From sequence record PV419677.1: DNA of 64,000 bases. One strand, 5' to 3'. Positions 13,983 to 23,138 of this stretch are shown piece after piece. Numbering within the stretch: position 1 is the first letter of the stretch; each line of letters begins with the position of its first letter. Origin of the DNA: a phage. The notes under the pieces are model-generated. The model saw nothing but the letters and a program-made list of their open reading frames with translations. It was not told the origin of the DNA and ran no database searches. The position numbers and the translations under genes were made by a program.

Positions 13983-15962
13983 ATGGCTTTATTATCCCCG
14001 GGCATTGAGCTCAAAGAAACAACGGTACAAAGCACTGTTGTTCGTAACGCGACGGGTCGTGCGGCGCTGGTTGGTAAATTCCAGTGGGGCCCAGCTTTCC
14101 AGGTAACTCAAATTACAAACGAAGTTGAACTTGTTGATTTGTTTGGTGGTCCGAATAATGAAACAGCAGATTACTTTATGAGTGGGATGAACTTCCTGCA
14201 ATATGGTAATGACCTCCGTACTGTACGTGTTGTTAACCGTGACGAAGCTAAAAACGCATCCCCTATTGCTGGCAATATTGAAACTACCATCGTAACTGCT
14301 GGTACAAACTATGCTGTCGGTGATGTTATTCAGGTTAAACACAACCAGACTGTTGTTGAACCGGCTGGCCGTGTGACCAAGGTCGACGTTGATGGTAAAA
14401 TTCTGGCAATCTTTATTCCTACAAATAAGATTATTGCATTTGCCAAAACTATTAACCAGTATCCTAATTTAGGTAGTGCATGGACCGCGGAAGTTACAAC
14501 CACTTCTTCTGGTGTATCTGGTACCATCACCGTTGGGAAAATTGTTACCGATTCTGGCATTCTGTTGACTGAAGCAGAAAACAGTGAAGAAGCAATTACT
14601 TCTCTGGAATTCCAGGCATCACTAGCAAAATATGCAATGCCAGGTGTTGTTGCTCTTTATCCAGGTGAAATCGGTTCGACTTTGGAAGTTGAAATCGTAT
14701 CTAAAGCTGACTTTGAAAAAGGCGCAGCTGCAAATCTGAATATTTTCCCAGGCGGCGGAACGCGTGCTTCTGTGGCTCGTGCCGTGTTTAACTATGGCCC
14801 GCAGTCTGAAAACCAATATGCAATTATCGTTCGCCGCGATGGCGCAATCGTCGAAAACGTTGTTTTGTCTACCAAACAGGGCGAAAAAGATGTTTACGGT
14901 AATAACATTTACTTGGATGACTACTTTGCAAAAGGTACTTCCAACTACATCTATGCAACATCTCGCAACTGGCCTGCAGGCTTCAGTGGTATCATCAATC
15001 TGTCTGGTGGTATTTCTGCAAACGATAAGATTACCGCTGGTGATTTGATGCAAGGTTGGGACCTGTTTGCTGACCGTGAAGCACTGCATATTAACCTGCT
15101 TATCGCTGGTGCTGTTGCCGGTGAAGGTGATGCGACTGCTTCCACTGTTCAGAAACACGTGGTTTCTATTGCTGACGAACGTCAGGATTGTCTGGCATTT
15201 ATTTCCCCGCCGAAAGGTCTGTTGGTTAACGTTCCTCTGACCCGTGCAGTGGATAACCTGATTGACTGGCGTACAGGTGCTGGCGCATTTGATACTGATA
15301 ACATGAATATCAGCACGACTTATGCAGCGATTGATGGCAACTATAAATATCAGTATGATAAATATAATGACGTTAACCGTTGGGTTCCTCTGGCAGCTGA
15401 TATGGCTGGTCTGTGTGCTCGTACTGATGATGTTTCTCAGCCTTGGATGTCTCCGGCTGGTTATAACCGCGGTCAGATTCTGAACGTTCTGAAATTGGCT
15501 GTTGAACCACGTCAGACCCAACGTGACCGCATGTATCAAGAAGCTATCAACCCGGTTGTTGGTTTCGCAGGTGGTGATGGTTTTGTTCTGTATGGTGATA
15601 AGACTGCAACTAAAGTTCCATCTCCGATGGACCATATTAACGTTCGTCGTCTTACGAATATGCTGAAGAAAAATATCGGTGATGCATCCAAATATAAACT
15701 GTTTGAGCTTAACGATAACTTCACTCGTGCATCATTCCGTATGGAAACTTCTCAATACTTGGATGGTATTCGTGCACTTGGTGGCATTTATGAAGGTCGT
15801 GTAGTTTGTGATACTACTAACAACACCCCGGCGGTTATAGACCGAAATGAGTTTGTTGCTAGCATATATTTTAAACCAGCAAGGTCGATAAATTTTATCA
15901 CGCTTAATTTCGTAGCAACAAGCACGGGCGCTGATTTTGATGAGTTGATTGGAGCGAACTAA
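13983..15962 (+). CDS. gp18: Tail sheath protein gp18
   Basis: 659 aa as in T4; TATAAATA at 13946; strong RBS. Confidence 0.9.
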   Translation: MALLSPGIELKETTVQSTVVRNATGRAALVGKFQWGPAFQVTQITNEVELVDLFGGPNNETADYFMSGMNFLQYGNDLRTVRVVNRDEAKNASPIAGNIETTIVTAGTNYAVGDVIQVKHNQTVVEPAGRVTKVDVDGKILAIFIPTNKIIAFAKTINQYPNLGSAWTAEVTTTSSGVSGTITVGKIVTDSGILLTEAENSEEAITSLEFQASLAKYAMPGVVALYPGEIGSTLEVEIVSKADFEKGAAANLNIFPGGGTRASVARAVFNYGPQSENQYAIIVRRDGAIVENVVLSTKQGEKDVYGNNIYLDDYFAKGTSNYIYATSRNWPAGFSGIINLSGGISANDKITAGDLMQGWDLFADREALHINLLIAGAVAGEGDATASTVQKHVVSIADERQDCLAFISPPKGLLVNVPLTRAVDNLIDWRTGAGAFDTDNMNISTTYAAIDGNYKYQYDKYNDVNRWVPLAADMAGLCARTDDVSQPWMSPAGYNRGQILNVLKLAVEPRQTQRDRMYQEAINPVVGFAGGDGFVLYGDKTATKVPSPMDHINVRRLTNMLKKNIGDASKYKLFELNDNFTRASFRMETSQYLDGIRALGGIYEGRVVCDTTNNTPAVIDRNEFVASIYFKPARSINFITLNFVATSTGADFDELIGAN

Positions 15963-15966
15963 GACT

Positions 15967-15994
15967 TTACTTCTGATTTAACTTGGGTTATAAT
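15967..15994 (+). promoter_or_regulatory. Sigma70-like promoter for the HNH endonuclease gene
   Basis: CTTTAC, 16-nt spacer, TATAAT. Confidence 0.45.
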
Positions 15995-16017
15995 GCGCGT
16001 ATAATATAAATACGCGC
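15995..16017 (+). promoter_or_regulatory. Perfect 8-bp palindrome GCGCGTAT/ATACGCGC enclosing late promoter TATAAATA (16005-16012), directly before HNH RBS
   Basis: Inverted repeat read directly; late motif sits in loop/right arm. Confidence 0.5.
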
Positions 16018-16029
16018 AAGGATTTACAA

Positions 16030-16635
16030 GTGATTATTTCTAAATTTGTTGAAGTTCAAATACGAAATCATGCAAAGTGGTGGAGCGAATACTTAGGTAA
16101 AACTCTAACATATCATGATGTGATTTCTGTACCAGTTGAACAAATGCCAGATAATAGTAATAAAAAGATTGAATGTTCCTGTGATGAATGTGGTGCACAT
16201 TTTGAACGTGGTATTCAGTTGCTTCGGCGCGTTGATAAACATTTATGTAAGACCTGCGCAAGAAAAGATGTGGGTGCAAAAGTTTCTGTAAAAATGGCTG
16301 GAGTATCAAGATTTGATTTACGAGGAGAAAACCACCCTAGATGGAAAGGTAATCGCAAAGAATATGATTTGTATGCCCAGCGCATTCATGCATTAACTCG
16401 TGGAAAACATCTAAAGAATATTTGGTCAACATGGGAAAATGCAGATAAGATAGGAAAATGTGGAGAAGAAGGTGCATATCAGCTTGACCATAAAGTTTCT
16501 ATTGCATATGGATTTTATAATCATATACCAGAGACAGTTATCGCTTCGCTCAACAATTTAGAAATAGTCACTTGGGAATCTAATAGGTCCAAAGGAAAAT
16601 CAAATAGTATTGACTTATGGGATATATTATCCTGA
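16030..16635 (+). CDS. HNH-family homing endonuclease (mob-like), GTG start
   Basis: 201 aa; Cys cluster CSCDECG...CKTC; C-terminal HNH motif ...YQLDHKVSIAYGF...NNLEIVTWESN; RBS AAGGA 7 nt before GTG. Confidence 0.75.
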   Translation: MIISKFVEVQIRNHAKWWSEYLGKTLTYHDVISVPVEQMPDNSNKKIECSCDECGAHFERGIQLLRRVDKHLCKTCARKDVGAKVSVKMAGVSRFDLRGENHPRWKGNRKEYDLYAQRIHALTRGKHLKNIWSTWENADKIGKCGEEGAYQLDHKVSIAYGFYNHIPETVIASLNNLEIVTWESNRSKGKSNSIDLWDILS

Positions 16636-16659
16636 CAGTAAATGTAATTAAGCAGTAAA

Positions 16660-16712
16660 CCGTAGAACCATTATACAATGCTATAAATAAAAGCATATCA
16701 TCGGTTCTACGG
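16660..16712. repeat. 10-bp inverted repeat CCGTAGAACC/GGTTCTACGG with 33-nt loop carrying TATAAATA (plus) and TATAAT with MotA-like box (minus)
   Basis: Read directly; lies between HNH gene and gene 19. Confidence 0.6.
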
Positions 16713-16770
16713 ACTCCTCAGAGCTCCTCCAGCGACCTAAATACATTTATTGATGAATCATATTACCTAG

Positions 16771-16778
16771 TATAAATA
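16771..16778 (+). promoter_or_regulatory. T4-type late promoter TATAAATA (gene 19)
   Basis: Exact motif about 50 nt upstream of gp19 ATG; leader contains palindrome CGCGTACGCG (16793-16802). Confidence 0.6.
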
Positions 16779-16830
16779 CATGCATCAGGGACGCGTACGC
16801 GCGACCTGTGTCTATAAAGAGGATTCCTTA

Positions 16831-17322
16831 ATGGAACTTACTGATATATCCAGAGCCTTCGAATCCGGCGACTTTGCTCGTCCTAACCTGTTCGAAGTCG
16901 AAATCCCATTCCTGGGTAAAAACTTTGCTTTCCATTGTAAAGCAGCCCCGATGCCAGCAGGCATTGTAGAAAAAGTTCCTGTCGGTTACATGAACCGTAA
17001 AATCAACGTTGCGGGCGACCGTACATTTGATGACTGGACTATTACGATTTATAACGACGATGCTCATAAAGTTCGTCAAGCAATTGTTGATTGGCAAAAC
17101 CTGTGTCACGGTATGACTAACGAAATCACCGGTGCAGCTCCTGCTGATTATAAGAAAACCGCTACTGTCCGCCAGTTCCATCGTGATGGCAAGACCGTTA
17201 CGAAAGAAGTTGTTATTACCGGCATGTGGCCAACCAACGTTGGGGAAGTCCAGATGGATTGGGATTCGAACAACGAAATTGAAACGTTCGAAGCAACGTT
17301 CGCAATTGACTGGTGGGAATAA
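16831..17322 (+). CDS. gp19: Tail tube protein gp19
   Basis: Start trimmed to ATG 16831 (RBS AGAGGA), giving 163 aa as in T4; ...RAFESGDFARPNLFEVEI... matches T4 gp19. Confidence 0.9.
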   Translation: MELTDISRAFESGDFARPNLFEVEIPFLGKNFAFHCKAAPMPAGIVEKVPVGYMNRKINVAGDRTFDDWTITIYNDDAHKVRQAIVDWQNLCHGMTNEITGAAPADYKKTATVRQFHRDGKTVTKEVVITGMWPTNVGEVQMDWDSNNEIETFEATFAIDWWE

Positions 17323-17323
17323 G

Positions 17324-17331
17324 TATAAATA
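17324..17331 (+). promoter_or_regulatory. T4-type late promoter TATAAATA (gene 20)
   Basis: Exact motif upstream of gp20. Confidence 0.6.
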
Positions 17332-17340
17332 AAGTTATTA

Positions 17341-17362
17341 TGAGGCTTCGGCCTCATTTCCC
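17341..17362 (+). terminator. Hairpin after gene 19 (weak U-tract)
   Basis: TGAGGCTTCGGCCTCATTT. Confidence 0.45.
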
Positions 17363-17379
17363 AAACTTCGGAGACTCTA

Positions 17380-18954
17380 ATGGCAGGTTTTAACACAATA
17401 CTAAATTTTCTTAAGCCTTGGGCTAAAGAAGATGAACAAGAATATAAGCAACAAGAAAAAAATAATTTAGAGTCAATGACCGGGCCGAAGTTTGACGATG
17501 GGGCTCGCGAAATTGAGTCACAAGAACAAAACGTCCCGTATAATGCATTGATGCAACAGATGTTCGGGAGTAATGAACCTGAAGTAAAAAATACCAGGGA
17601 ATTAATTGACACCTACCGCAACTTACTAAATAATTATGAAGTTGATAACGCGGTGCAAGAAATTGTGTCTGATGCTATCGTTTTTGAAGACGGTAAAGAT
17701 GTTGTAGCTCTTAACCTTGATGCTACCGAATTTAGTCAGAAAATTAAAGACCGAATCCTTGAAGAATTTTTGGAAGTTAATAACCTCCTTAATTTCGAGC
17801 GTAAAGGTTCTGACCATTTTAAACGTTGGTATGTGGATTCTCGAATTTTCTTCCACAAAATTATCAACCCAGCAAAACTTAAAGATGGAGTTCAAGAACT
17901 TCGTCGCCTTGACCCAAGACAAATCCAGTTCATTCGTGAAATCGTTACACGCATGGAAAATGGTACAAAAATTGTCGACGGTTACAGAGAATATTTTGTA
18001 TACGATACTGGCCATGAAAGTTATTGTGCCGATGGTCGTATATATGAAGCAGGTACTAAAATAAAAATTCCTCGTGCGGCAATTGTATATGCACATTCTG
18101 GATTACTTGATTGCTGTGGTAAGAATATCATCGGATACTTGCAACGAGCAATTAAACCTGCAAACCAATTAAAACTATTAGAAGATGCTTTAGTCATTTA
18201 TCGTATAACTCGTGCCCCAGACCGCCGAGTCTTTTATATCGATACCGGGAATATGCCGTCTCGTAAAGCAGCAGCACATATGCAACATATTATGAACACG
18301 ATGAAAAACCGTGTCGTATATGATGCAACCACGGGTAAAATCAAAAACCAACAGCACAACATGTCTATGACAGAAGACTATTGGTTGCAACGTCGTGATG
18401 GTAAAGCTGTCACCGAAGTTGATACTCTTCCGGGAGCGCAAGGCATGTCGGATATGGACGATGTTCGCTGGTTTAAGAACAACCTATATCAGGCTCTCCG
18501 AATTCCATTATCTCGTATCCCTAATGACCAAAACAGCGGCGTTATGTTTGATGCGGGCGCGACAATTACTCGCGATGAATTGAATTTCTCTAAATGGATT
18601 AGGCAGCTACAGAATAAATTTGAAGAAGTTTTCCTCGACCCGCTTAAAACCAACCTTATCCTGAAAAAAATTATTTCAGAAGAGGAATGGGAAAAGGAAC
18701 TAAATAATATTAAAGTTACGTTCAACCGTGATAGCTATTTCACCGAAATGAAAGACGCAGAAATCATGGAACGCAGAATCAATATGCTAACGATGGCTGA
18801 ACCGTTTATCGGTAAATATATTTCGCATCAAACGGCTATGAAGGACTTCCTCCAGATGTCTGATGAAGAAATTAATCAAGAAGCTAAGCAAATTGAATTG
18901 GAGTCCAAAGAGGCTCGTTTCCAAAACCCTGAAGAAGAAGAAGAGGATTTCTAA
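17380..18954 (+). CDS. gp20: Portal vertex protein gp20
   Basis: 524 aa as in T4; TATAAATA at 17324. Confidence 0.9.
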   Translation: MAGFNTILNFLKPWAKEDEQEYKQQEKNNLESMTGPKFDDGAREIESQEQNVPYNALMQQMFGSNEPEVKNTRELIDTYRNLLNNYEVDNAVQEIVSDAIVFEDGKDVVALNLDATEFSQKIKDRILEEFLEVNNLLNFERKGSDHFKRWYVDSRIFFHKIINPAKLKDGVQELRRLDPRQIQFIREIVTRMENGTKIVDGYREYFVYDTGHESYCADGRIYEAGTKIKIPRAAIVYAHSGLLDCCGKNIIGYLQRAIKPANQLKLLEDALVIYRITRAPDRRVFYIDTGNMPSRKAAAHMQHIMNTMKNRVVYDATTGKIKNQQHNMSMTEDYWLQRRDGKAVTEVDTLPGAQGMSDMDDVRWFKNNLYQALRIPLSRIPNDQNSGVMFDAGATITRDELNFSKWIRQLQNKFEEVFLDPLKTNLILKKIISEEEWEKELNNIKVTFNRDSYFTEMKDAEIMERRINMLTMAEPFIGKYISHQTAMKDFLQMSDEEINQEAKQIELESKEARFQNPEEEEEDF

Positions 18955-19202
18955 TGGATGATTTATTTGAAGCCATTAAATCAAACGACCTCGTAGCCGT
19001 TCGCAAATATTTTGCTGAAAACATTGGCCCAGTATGCGGTAGTTTGATTGAAGAACGTAAGATTGAAATTGCACGTTCCATCATGATTGAAGGCGAAGAG
19101 CCTAAAGAAGATGATGAAGACGGTAAAGCAGAAAAGAAAGACAAAAAAGAATCTGATGACGCTGACGAAGGCGACGATGATGAAGATGAGGACGATGAAT
19201 AA
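18954..19202 (+). CDS. gp67: Prohead core protein gp67
   Basis: 82 aa with acidic C-terminal tail; position between 20 and 68. Confidence 0.8.
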   Translation: MDDLFEAIKSNDLVAVRKYFAENIGPVCGSLIEERKIEIARSIMIEGEEPKEDDEDGKAEKKDKKESDDADEGDDDEDEDDE

Positions 19203-19630
19203 TGTTTATTATCCCTGATGATTACGAATTAACTCTTGAAAACATTGAAAGTGTTTCCGAAGAAGCTCAGGGACAATTTGATTCATTATCTGAAGCCTTA
19301 GAAAAAGACGATATAAATATTATTGTAGAAAACATGTTTGCAGCCGGTGAATATGAAAAAGCAACGGTTATCGGCGCGCTGAATGAAGGTGTTCAGCTTA
19401 ACGAATTTATCGTTAAACATGTATCGTCTCGCGGTGAGTTAACCCGCACAAAAGACCTAGCTACTCGTAAGCGTAATGCTTTCCAAACAACTGGTCTTTC
19501 TAAAGCTAAACGTCGTCAAATTGCCCGTCTGGCTACTAAAACAAAAAGAGCAAACCCATCTACGCAAATCAGAGCAGAGCGCAAGCGCAAAAAAGCTCGA
19601 GCTAAGCGTAAAGCATTCGGACTTGATTAA
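19202..19630 (+). CDS. gp68: Prohead core protein gp68
   Basis: 142 aa (T4 141); synteny. Confidence 0.8.
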   Translation: MFIIPDDYELTLENIESVSEEAQGQFDSLSEALEKDDINIIVENMFAAGEYEKATVIGALNEGVQLNEFIVKHVSSRGELTRTKDLATRKRNAFQTTGLSKAKRRQIARLATKTKRANPSTQIRAERKRKKARAKRKAFGLD

Positions 19631-20268
19631 TGGAACAGAAACCAGAGTTACTAATTGAACACTGGGGTCAACCGGGCGAAATTAAAGATGGTGTACCGAT
19701 GTTGGAATCTCATGACGGTTCCAGCAGCGGTTTAAAGCCAGGACTTTATATTGAAGGTATTTTCCTACAAGCTGAAGTTGTTAACCGTAATAAACGACTT
19801 TATCCTAAACATATTTTGGAAAAAGCCGTTGCTGATTATATGACAGAACAGGTTGCTACTAAACAAGCTTTAGGAGAATTAAATCATCCGCCCCGTGCTA
19901 ACGTCGACCCTATGCAAGCCGCTATTATTATTGAAGATATGTGGTGGAAAGGTAATGATGTATATGGCCGCGCACGTATTATCGAAGGCGACCATGGCCC
20001 AGGTGATAAACTTGCTGCAAATATAAGAGCAGGTTGGATTCCAGGTGTATCTAGTCGTGGACTTGGTTCCTTGACTAAATCAGCAAAAGGTTATAGCATC
20101 GTTAATGAAGGTTTTAAATTGACGGTTGGAGTAGATGCAGTATGGGGGCCAAGTGCTCCGGACGCTTGGGTCAAACCAAAGCAGATTACAGAATCACAAA
20201 CGGCAGTTGCCGATACCAGTGCCGATGACGCCTTTATGGCTCTCGCAGAGGCTTTAAAGACGTTATAA
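19630..20268 (+). CDS. gp21: Prohead core protease gp21
   Basis: 212 aa as in T4; position upstream of scaffold and major capsid genes. Confidence 0.85.
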   Translation: MEQKPELLIEHWGQPGEIKDGVPMLESHDGSSSGLKPGLYIEGIFLQAEVVNRNKRLYPKHILEKAVADYMTEQVATKQALGELNHPPRANVDPMQAAIIIEDMWWKGNDVYGRARIIEGDHGPGDKLAANIRAGWIPGVSSRGLGSLTKSAKGYSIVNEGFKLTVGVDAVWGPSAPDAWVKPKQITESQTAVADTSADDAFMALAEALKTL

Positions 20269-20271
20269 ATA
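20264..20271 (+). promoter_or_regulatory. T4-type late promoter TATAAATA (gene 22)
   Basis: Exact motif about 30 nt upstream of gp22 ATG. Confidence 0.6.
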
Positions 20272-20300
20272 AATGTATATCTTAACAACAGGACTACAAA

Positions 20301-21119
20301 ATGCTTAAAGAACAACTCATTTCTGAAGCTCAGAATATCGATGCTTCCGTTGCTCTCGATAGTATTTTCGAATCAGTTAATTTGTCCCCGGAAGCGAAAG
20401 CTACCTTCGGCACTGTATTCGAAGCTACCGTCAAGCAACACGCCATCAAACTGGCAGAATCTCACATTCACGCCATCGCTGAAAAAGCTGAAGAAGAAGT
20501 CGAAAAGAATAAAGAAGAAGCCGACGAAAAAGCAGAGAAAAAACTGAAAGAATCTGCAGCTAAATTCCTGGACCACGTTGCTAAAGAATGGCTCGCTGAA
20601 AATAAACTGGCTGTCGACCGTGGCATTAAAGCTGACCTGTTCGAATCCATGTTCACCGGCATGAAAGAACTGTTCGTTGAGCACAACGTTGTTGTTCCAG
20701 AAGAATCTGTCGATGTTGTTGCAGAAATGCAGGAAGAACTGGCTGAACAGAAAGAAGAAACCGCTAATCTGTTCGAAGAAGTTGCTAAGCGTGATGCTTA
20801 TATCAATTATGTCCAACGTGAAGTTGCGTTGACTGAAGCGACTAAAGACCTGACTGAATCTCAAAAAGAAAAAGTTGGTTCTCTGGTAGAAGGCATGGAA
20901 TACTCTGATGCATTCGGTACCAAAATTGGCGCTATCGTTGAAATGGTTAAAGGTCAGGTAGAACCCACCGGCAAACCAATCACCGAAGCCGCTATAAATA
21001 AAAATGTAGACGATGCTGCGGCACTGAATTACATTTCAGAAGCAGTTGAAGAAAAAGGCGCCAAGCCTACCCTGTCCTTCGCGGACTTGTCTGCTCTCGC
21101 AGCATCACGAATTTCTTAA
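20301..21119 (+). CDS. gp22: Prohead core scaffold protein gp22
   Basis: 272 aa, E/K/A-rich coiled-coil composition; TATAAATA at 20264. Confidence 0.85.
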   Translation: MLKEQLISEAQNIDASVALDSIFESVNLSPEAKATFGTVFEATVKQHAIKLAESHIHAIAEKAEEEVEKNKEEADEKAEKKLKESAAKFLDHVAKEWLAENKLAVDRGIKADLFESMFTGMKELFVEHNVVVPEESVDVVAEMQEELAEQKEETANLFEEVAKRDAYINYVQREVALTEATKDLTESQKEKVGSLVEGMEYSDAFGTKIGAIVEMVKGQVEPTGKPITEAAINKNVDDAAALNYISEAVEEKGAKPTLSFADLSALAASRIS

Positions 21120-21140
21120 TTTAATAAGGTTATACAACAC

Positions 21141-22700
21141 ATGAAAAAGAATGCATTAGTTCAAAAATGGTCCGCTCTGTTGGAAAACGAAGCTCTTCCG
21201 GAAATCGTTGGTGCTTCCAAACAAGCTATCATCGCTAAAATCTTTGAAAACCAGGAACAAGATATTCTGACCGCTCCTGAATACCGTGACGAAAAAATCT
21301 CCGAAGCATTTGGTTCTTTCCTGACCGAAGCTGAAATCGGTGGTGACCATGGTTATGATGCTACCAATATCGCTGCTGGCCAGACCTCTGGTGCAGTAAC
21401 TCAGATTGGGCCGGCAGTTATGGGCATGGTTCGTCGTGCTATCCCGCATCTGATTGCGTTTGATATTTGTGGCGTACAGCCTCTGAACAACCCGACTGGC
21501 CAGGTATTTGCCCTGCGTGCAGTTTACGGTAAAGACCCTGTAGCTGCTGGTGCTAAAGAAGCTTTCCACCCGATGTATGCTCCGAACGCTATGTTCTCTG
21601 GTCAGGGCGCTGCTCAGACTTTTGAAGCACTGGCTGCAGGTAAAGTTCTGGAAGTTGGTAAAATTTATTCTCACTTCTTCGAAGCAACTGGTTCCGCACA
21701 CTTCCAGGCTGTTGAAGCTGTAACCGTTGATGCTGGCGCTACTGATGCTGCTAAACTGGATGCTGAAGTTACCAAACTGCTCGAAGCTGGTCAGCTGGCT
21801 GAACTGGCTGAAGGTATGGCTACCTCCATCGCCGAACTGCAAGAAGGTTTTAACGGTTCCTCTGATAACCCGTGGAACGAAATGGGCTTCCGTATTGACA
21901 AACAAGTTATCGAAGCTAAATCTCGTCAGCTGAAAGCAAGCTACTCTATCGAACTGGCACAGGACCTGCGCGCTGTTCATGGTATGGATGCTGATGCCGA
22001 ATTGAGTGGTATTCTGGCTACCGAAATTATGCTGGAAATCAACCGCGAAGTTATCGATTGGATTAACTACTCCGCACAGGTTGGTAAATCTGGTATGACC
22101 AACACCGTTGGCGCTAAAGCTGGTGTGTTTGACTTCCAGGACCCGATTGATATCCGTGGTGCTCGTTGGGCTGGTGAAAGCTTCAAAGCTTTACTGTTCC
22201 AGATTGATAAAGAAGCCGCTGAAATCGCTCGTCAGACCGGTCGTGGTGCAGGTAACTTCATCATCGCTTCCCGTAACGTAGTTAACGTACTGGCTGCTGT
22301 TGATACTTCTGTTAGTTATGCTGCTCAGGGTCTGGGTAAAGGTTTCAACGTTGACACCACTAAAGCTGTGTTCGCTGGTGTTCTGGGTGGCAAATACCGT
22401 GTCTATATCGACCAGTATGCTCGTGCAGATTACTTCACCATCGGTTACAAAGGCGCTAACGAAATGGATGCTGGTATCTACTACGCACCATATGTTGCAC
22501 TGACCCCGCTGCGTGGCTCTGACCCGAAAAACTTCCAGCCGGTTATGGGCTTCAAAACCCGTTACGGTATCGGTATCAACCCGTTTGCTGACCCTGCTGC
22601 TCAGGCTCCGACCAAGCGCATTCAGAACGGCATGCCGGATATCGTTAACAGCCTTGGCTTGAACGGTTACTTCCGCCGCGTATATGTTAAAGGAATTTAA
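21141..22700 (+). CDS. gp23: Major capsid protein gp23
   Basis: 519 aa; near-identical blocks to remembered T4 gp23 (e.g. KQAIIAKIFENQE, GPAVMGMVRRAIP, YYAPYVALTPLRGSDPKNFQPVMGFKTRYGIGINPFA). Confidence 0.95.
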   Translation: MKKNALVQKWSALLENEALPEIVGASKQAIIAKIFENQEQDILTAPEYRDEKISEAFGSFLTEAEIGGDHGYDATNIAAGQTSGAVTQIGPAVMGMVRRAIPHLIAFDICGVQPLNNPTGQVFALRAVYGKDPVAAGAKEAFHPMYAPNAMFSGQGAAQTFEALAAGKVLEVGKIYSHFFEATGSAHFQAVEAVTVDAGATDAAKLDAEVTKLLEAGQLAELAEGMATSIAELQEGFNGSSDNPWNEMGFRIDKQVIEAKSRQLKASYSIELAQDLRAVHGMDADAELSGILATEIMLEINREVIDWINYSAQVGKSGMTNTVGAKAGVFDFQDPIDIRGARWAGESFKALLFQIDKEAAEIARQTGRGAGNFIIASRNVVNVLAAVDTSVSYAAQGLGKGFNVDTTKAVFAGVLGGKYRVYIDQYARADYFTIGYKGANEMDAGIYYAPYVALTPLRGSDPKNFQPVMGFKTRYGIGINPFADPAAQAPTKRIQNGMPDIVNSLGLNGYFRRVYVKGI

Positions 22701-22720
22701 TCCTAGATTAAGTTAAATAA

Positions 22721-22750
22721 AAAGGGACCCTTGGGGTCCCTTTCTTGTTT
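22721..22750 (+). terminator. Rho-independent terminator after gene 23
   Basis: AAAGGGACCCTTGGGGTCCCTTTCTTGTTTT. Confidence 0.7.
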
Positions 22751-23044
22751 TCATACCATACCATTTAAATGAACTTCTACCCGCCGCTTGATGAGGTCTC
22801 TGAAGTTAACATTGTTTTCTTGAAGTTTCAACCAGTTACCATTTTTATCTTTAGTGTGAGTAGAATAATTACCATTCCACCAGAAATCAGTGTCATATGC
22901 TAAGTTTTCATATTTTTTAACTAGTTTGTTCAGAGCATTGCCATTAACACCATTTGGGTATTTGTTGACCAATGCAATAACTTCAATTTCCAATTTTTTA
23001 AAGGTATTCAGAAGGAAAGTTGCTTTGTTCATTTTAGACTCCAT
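22751..23044 (-). CDS. Hypothetical small protein in the 23-24 intergenic slot
   Basis: 97-aa ORF (probable start at Met5, GGAG RBS); own GTTTAC...CATAAT early-type promoter at 23068-23098; unrelated to segD. Confidence 0.5.
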   Translation of the reverse strand: MESKMNKATFLLNTFKKLEIEVIALVNKYPNGVNGNALNKLVKKYENLAYDTDFWWNGNYSTHTKDKNGNWLKLQENNVNFRDLIKRRVEVHLNGMV

Positions 23045-23067
23045 TGTTTGGTAACTCAGTATGAAAT

Positions 23068-23098
23068 CATTATGTCTTATCTTAATCGGGTTGTAAAC
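23068..23098 (-). promoter_or_regulatory. T4 early-type promoter (GTTTACAA...CATAAT)
   Basis: Minus strand TTGTTTACAA then 18 nt then CATAATG; upstream of ORF 22751..23044. Confidence 0.5.
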
Positions 23099-23104
23099 AA
23101 CTTT

Positions 23105-23112
23105 TATAAATA
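23105..23112 (+). promoter_or_regulatory. T4-type late promoter TATAAATA (gene 24)
   Basis: Exact motif about 27 nt upstream of gp24 ATG. Confidence 0.6.
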
Positions 23113-23138
23113 AAGTATATCACAAAAGGAAAGCGCAA

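Larger units (their letters stand above)
15963..16770 (+). mobile_element. Free-standing HNH homing-endonuclease cassette inserted between genes 18 and 19
   Basis: Roughly 870-bp gap between gp18 stop and gp19 start containing an HNH ORF with its own promoters, bounded by palindromes (15995-16017, 16660-16712, 16793-16802). Confidence 0.6.

Noticed and set aside
14622-15635. 337-aa minus-strand ORF inside gene 18
   Set aside because: Fully antisense to the strongly supported tail sheath gene, no RBS, low-complexity Cys/Thr/Asn-rich translation; an antisense artefact.
20373-20864. 163-aa minus-strand ORF inside gene 22
   Set aside because: Antisense to the scaffold gene; Phe/Ser-rich low-complexity translation reflects the GAA/AAA-rich sense strand.
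21156-21980. 274-aa minus-strand ORF inside gene 23
   Set aside because: Antisense to the major capsid gene, which matches T4 gp23 closely; no expression signals.
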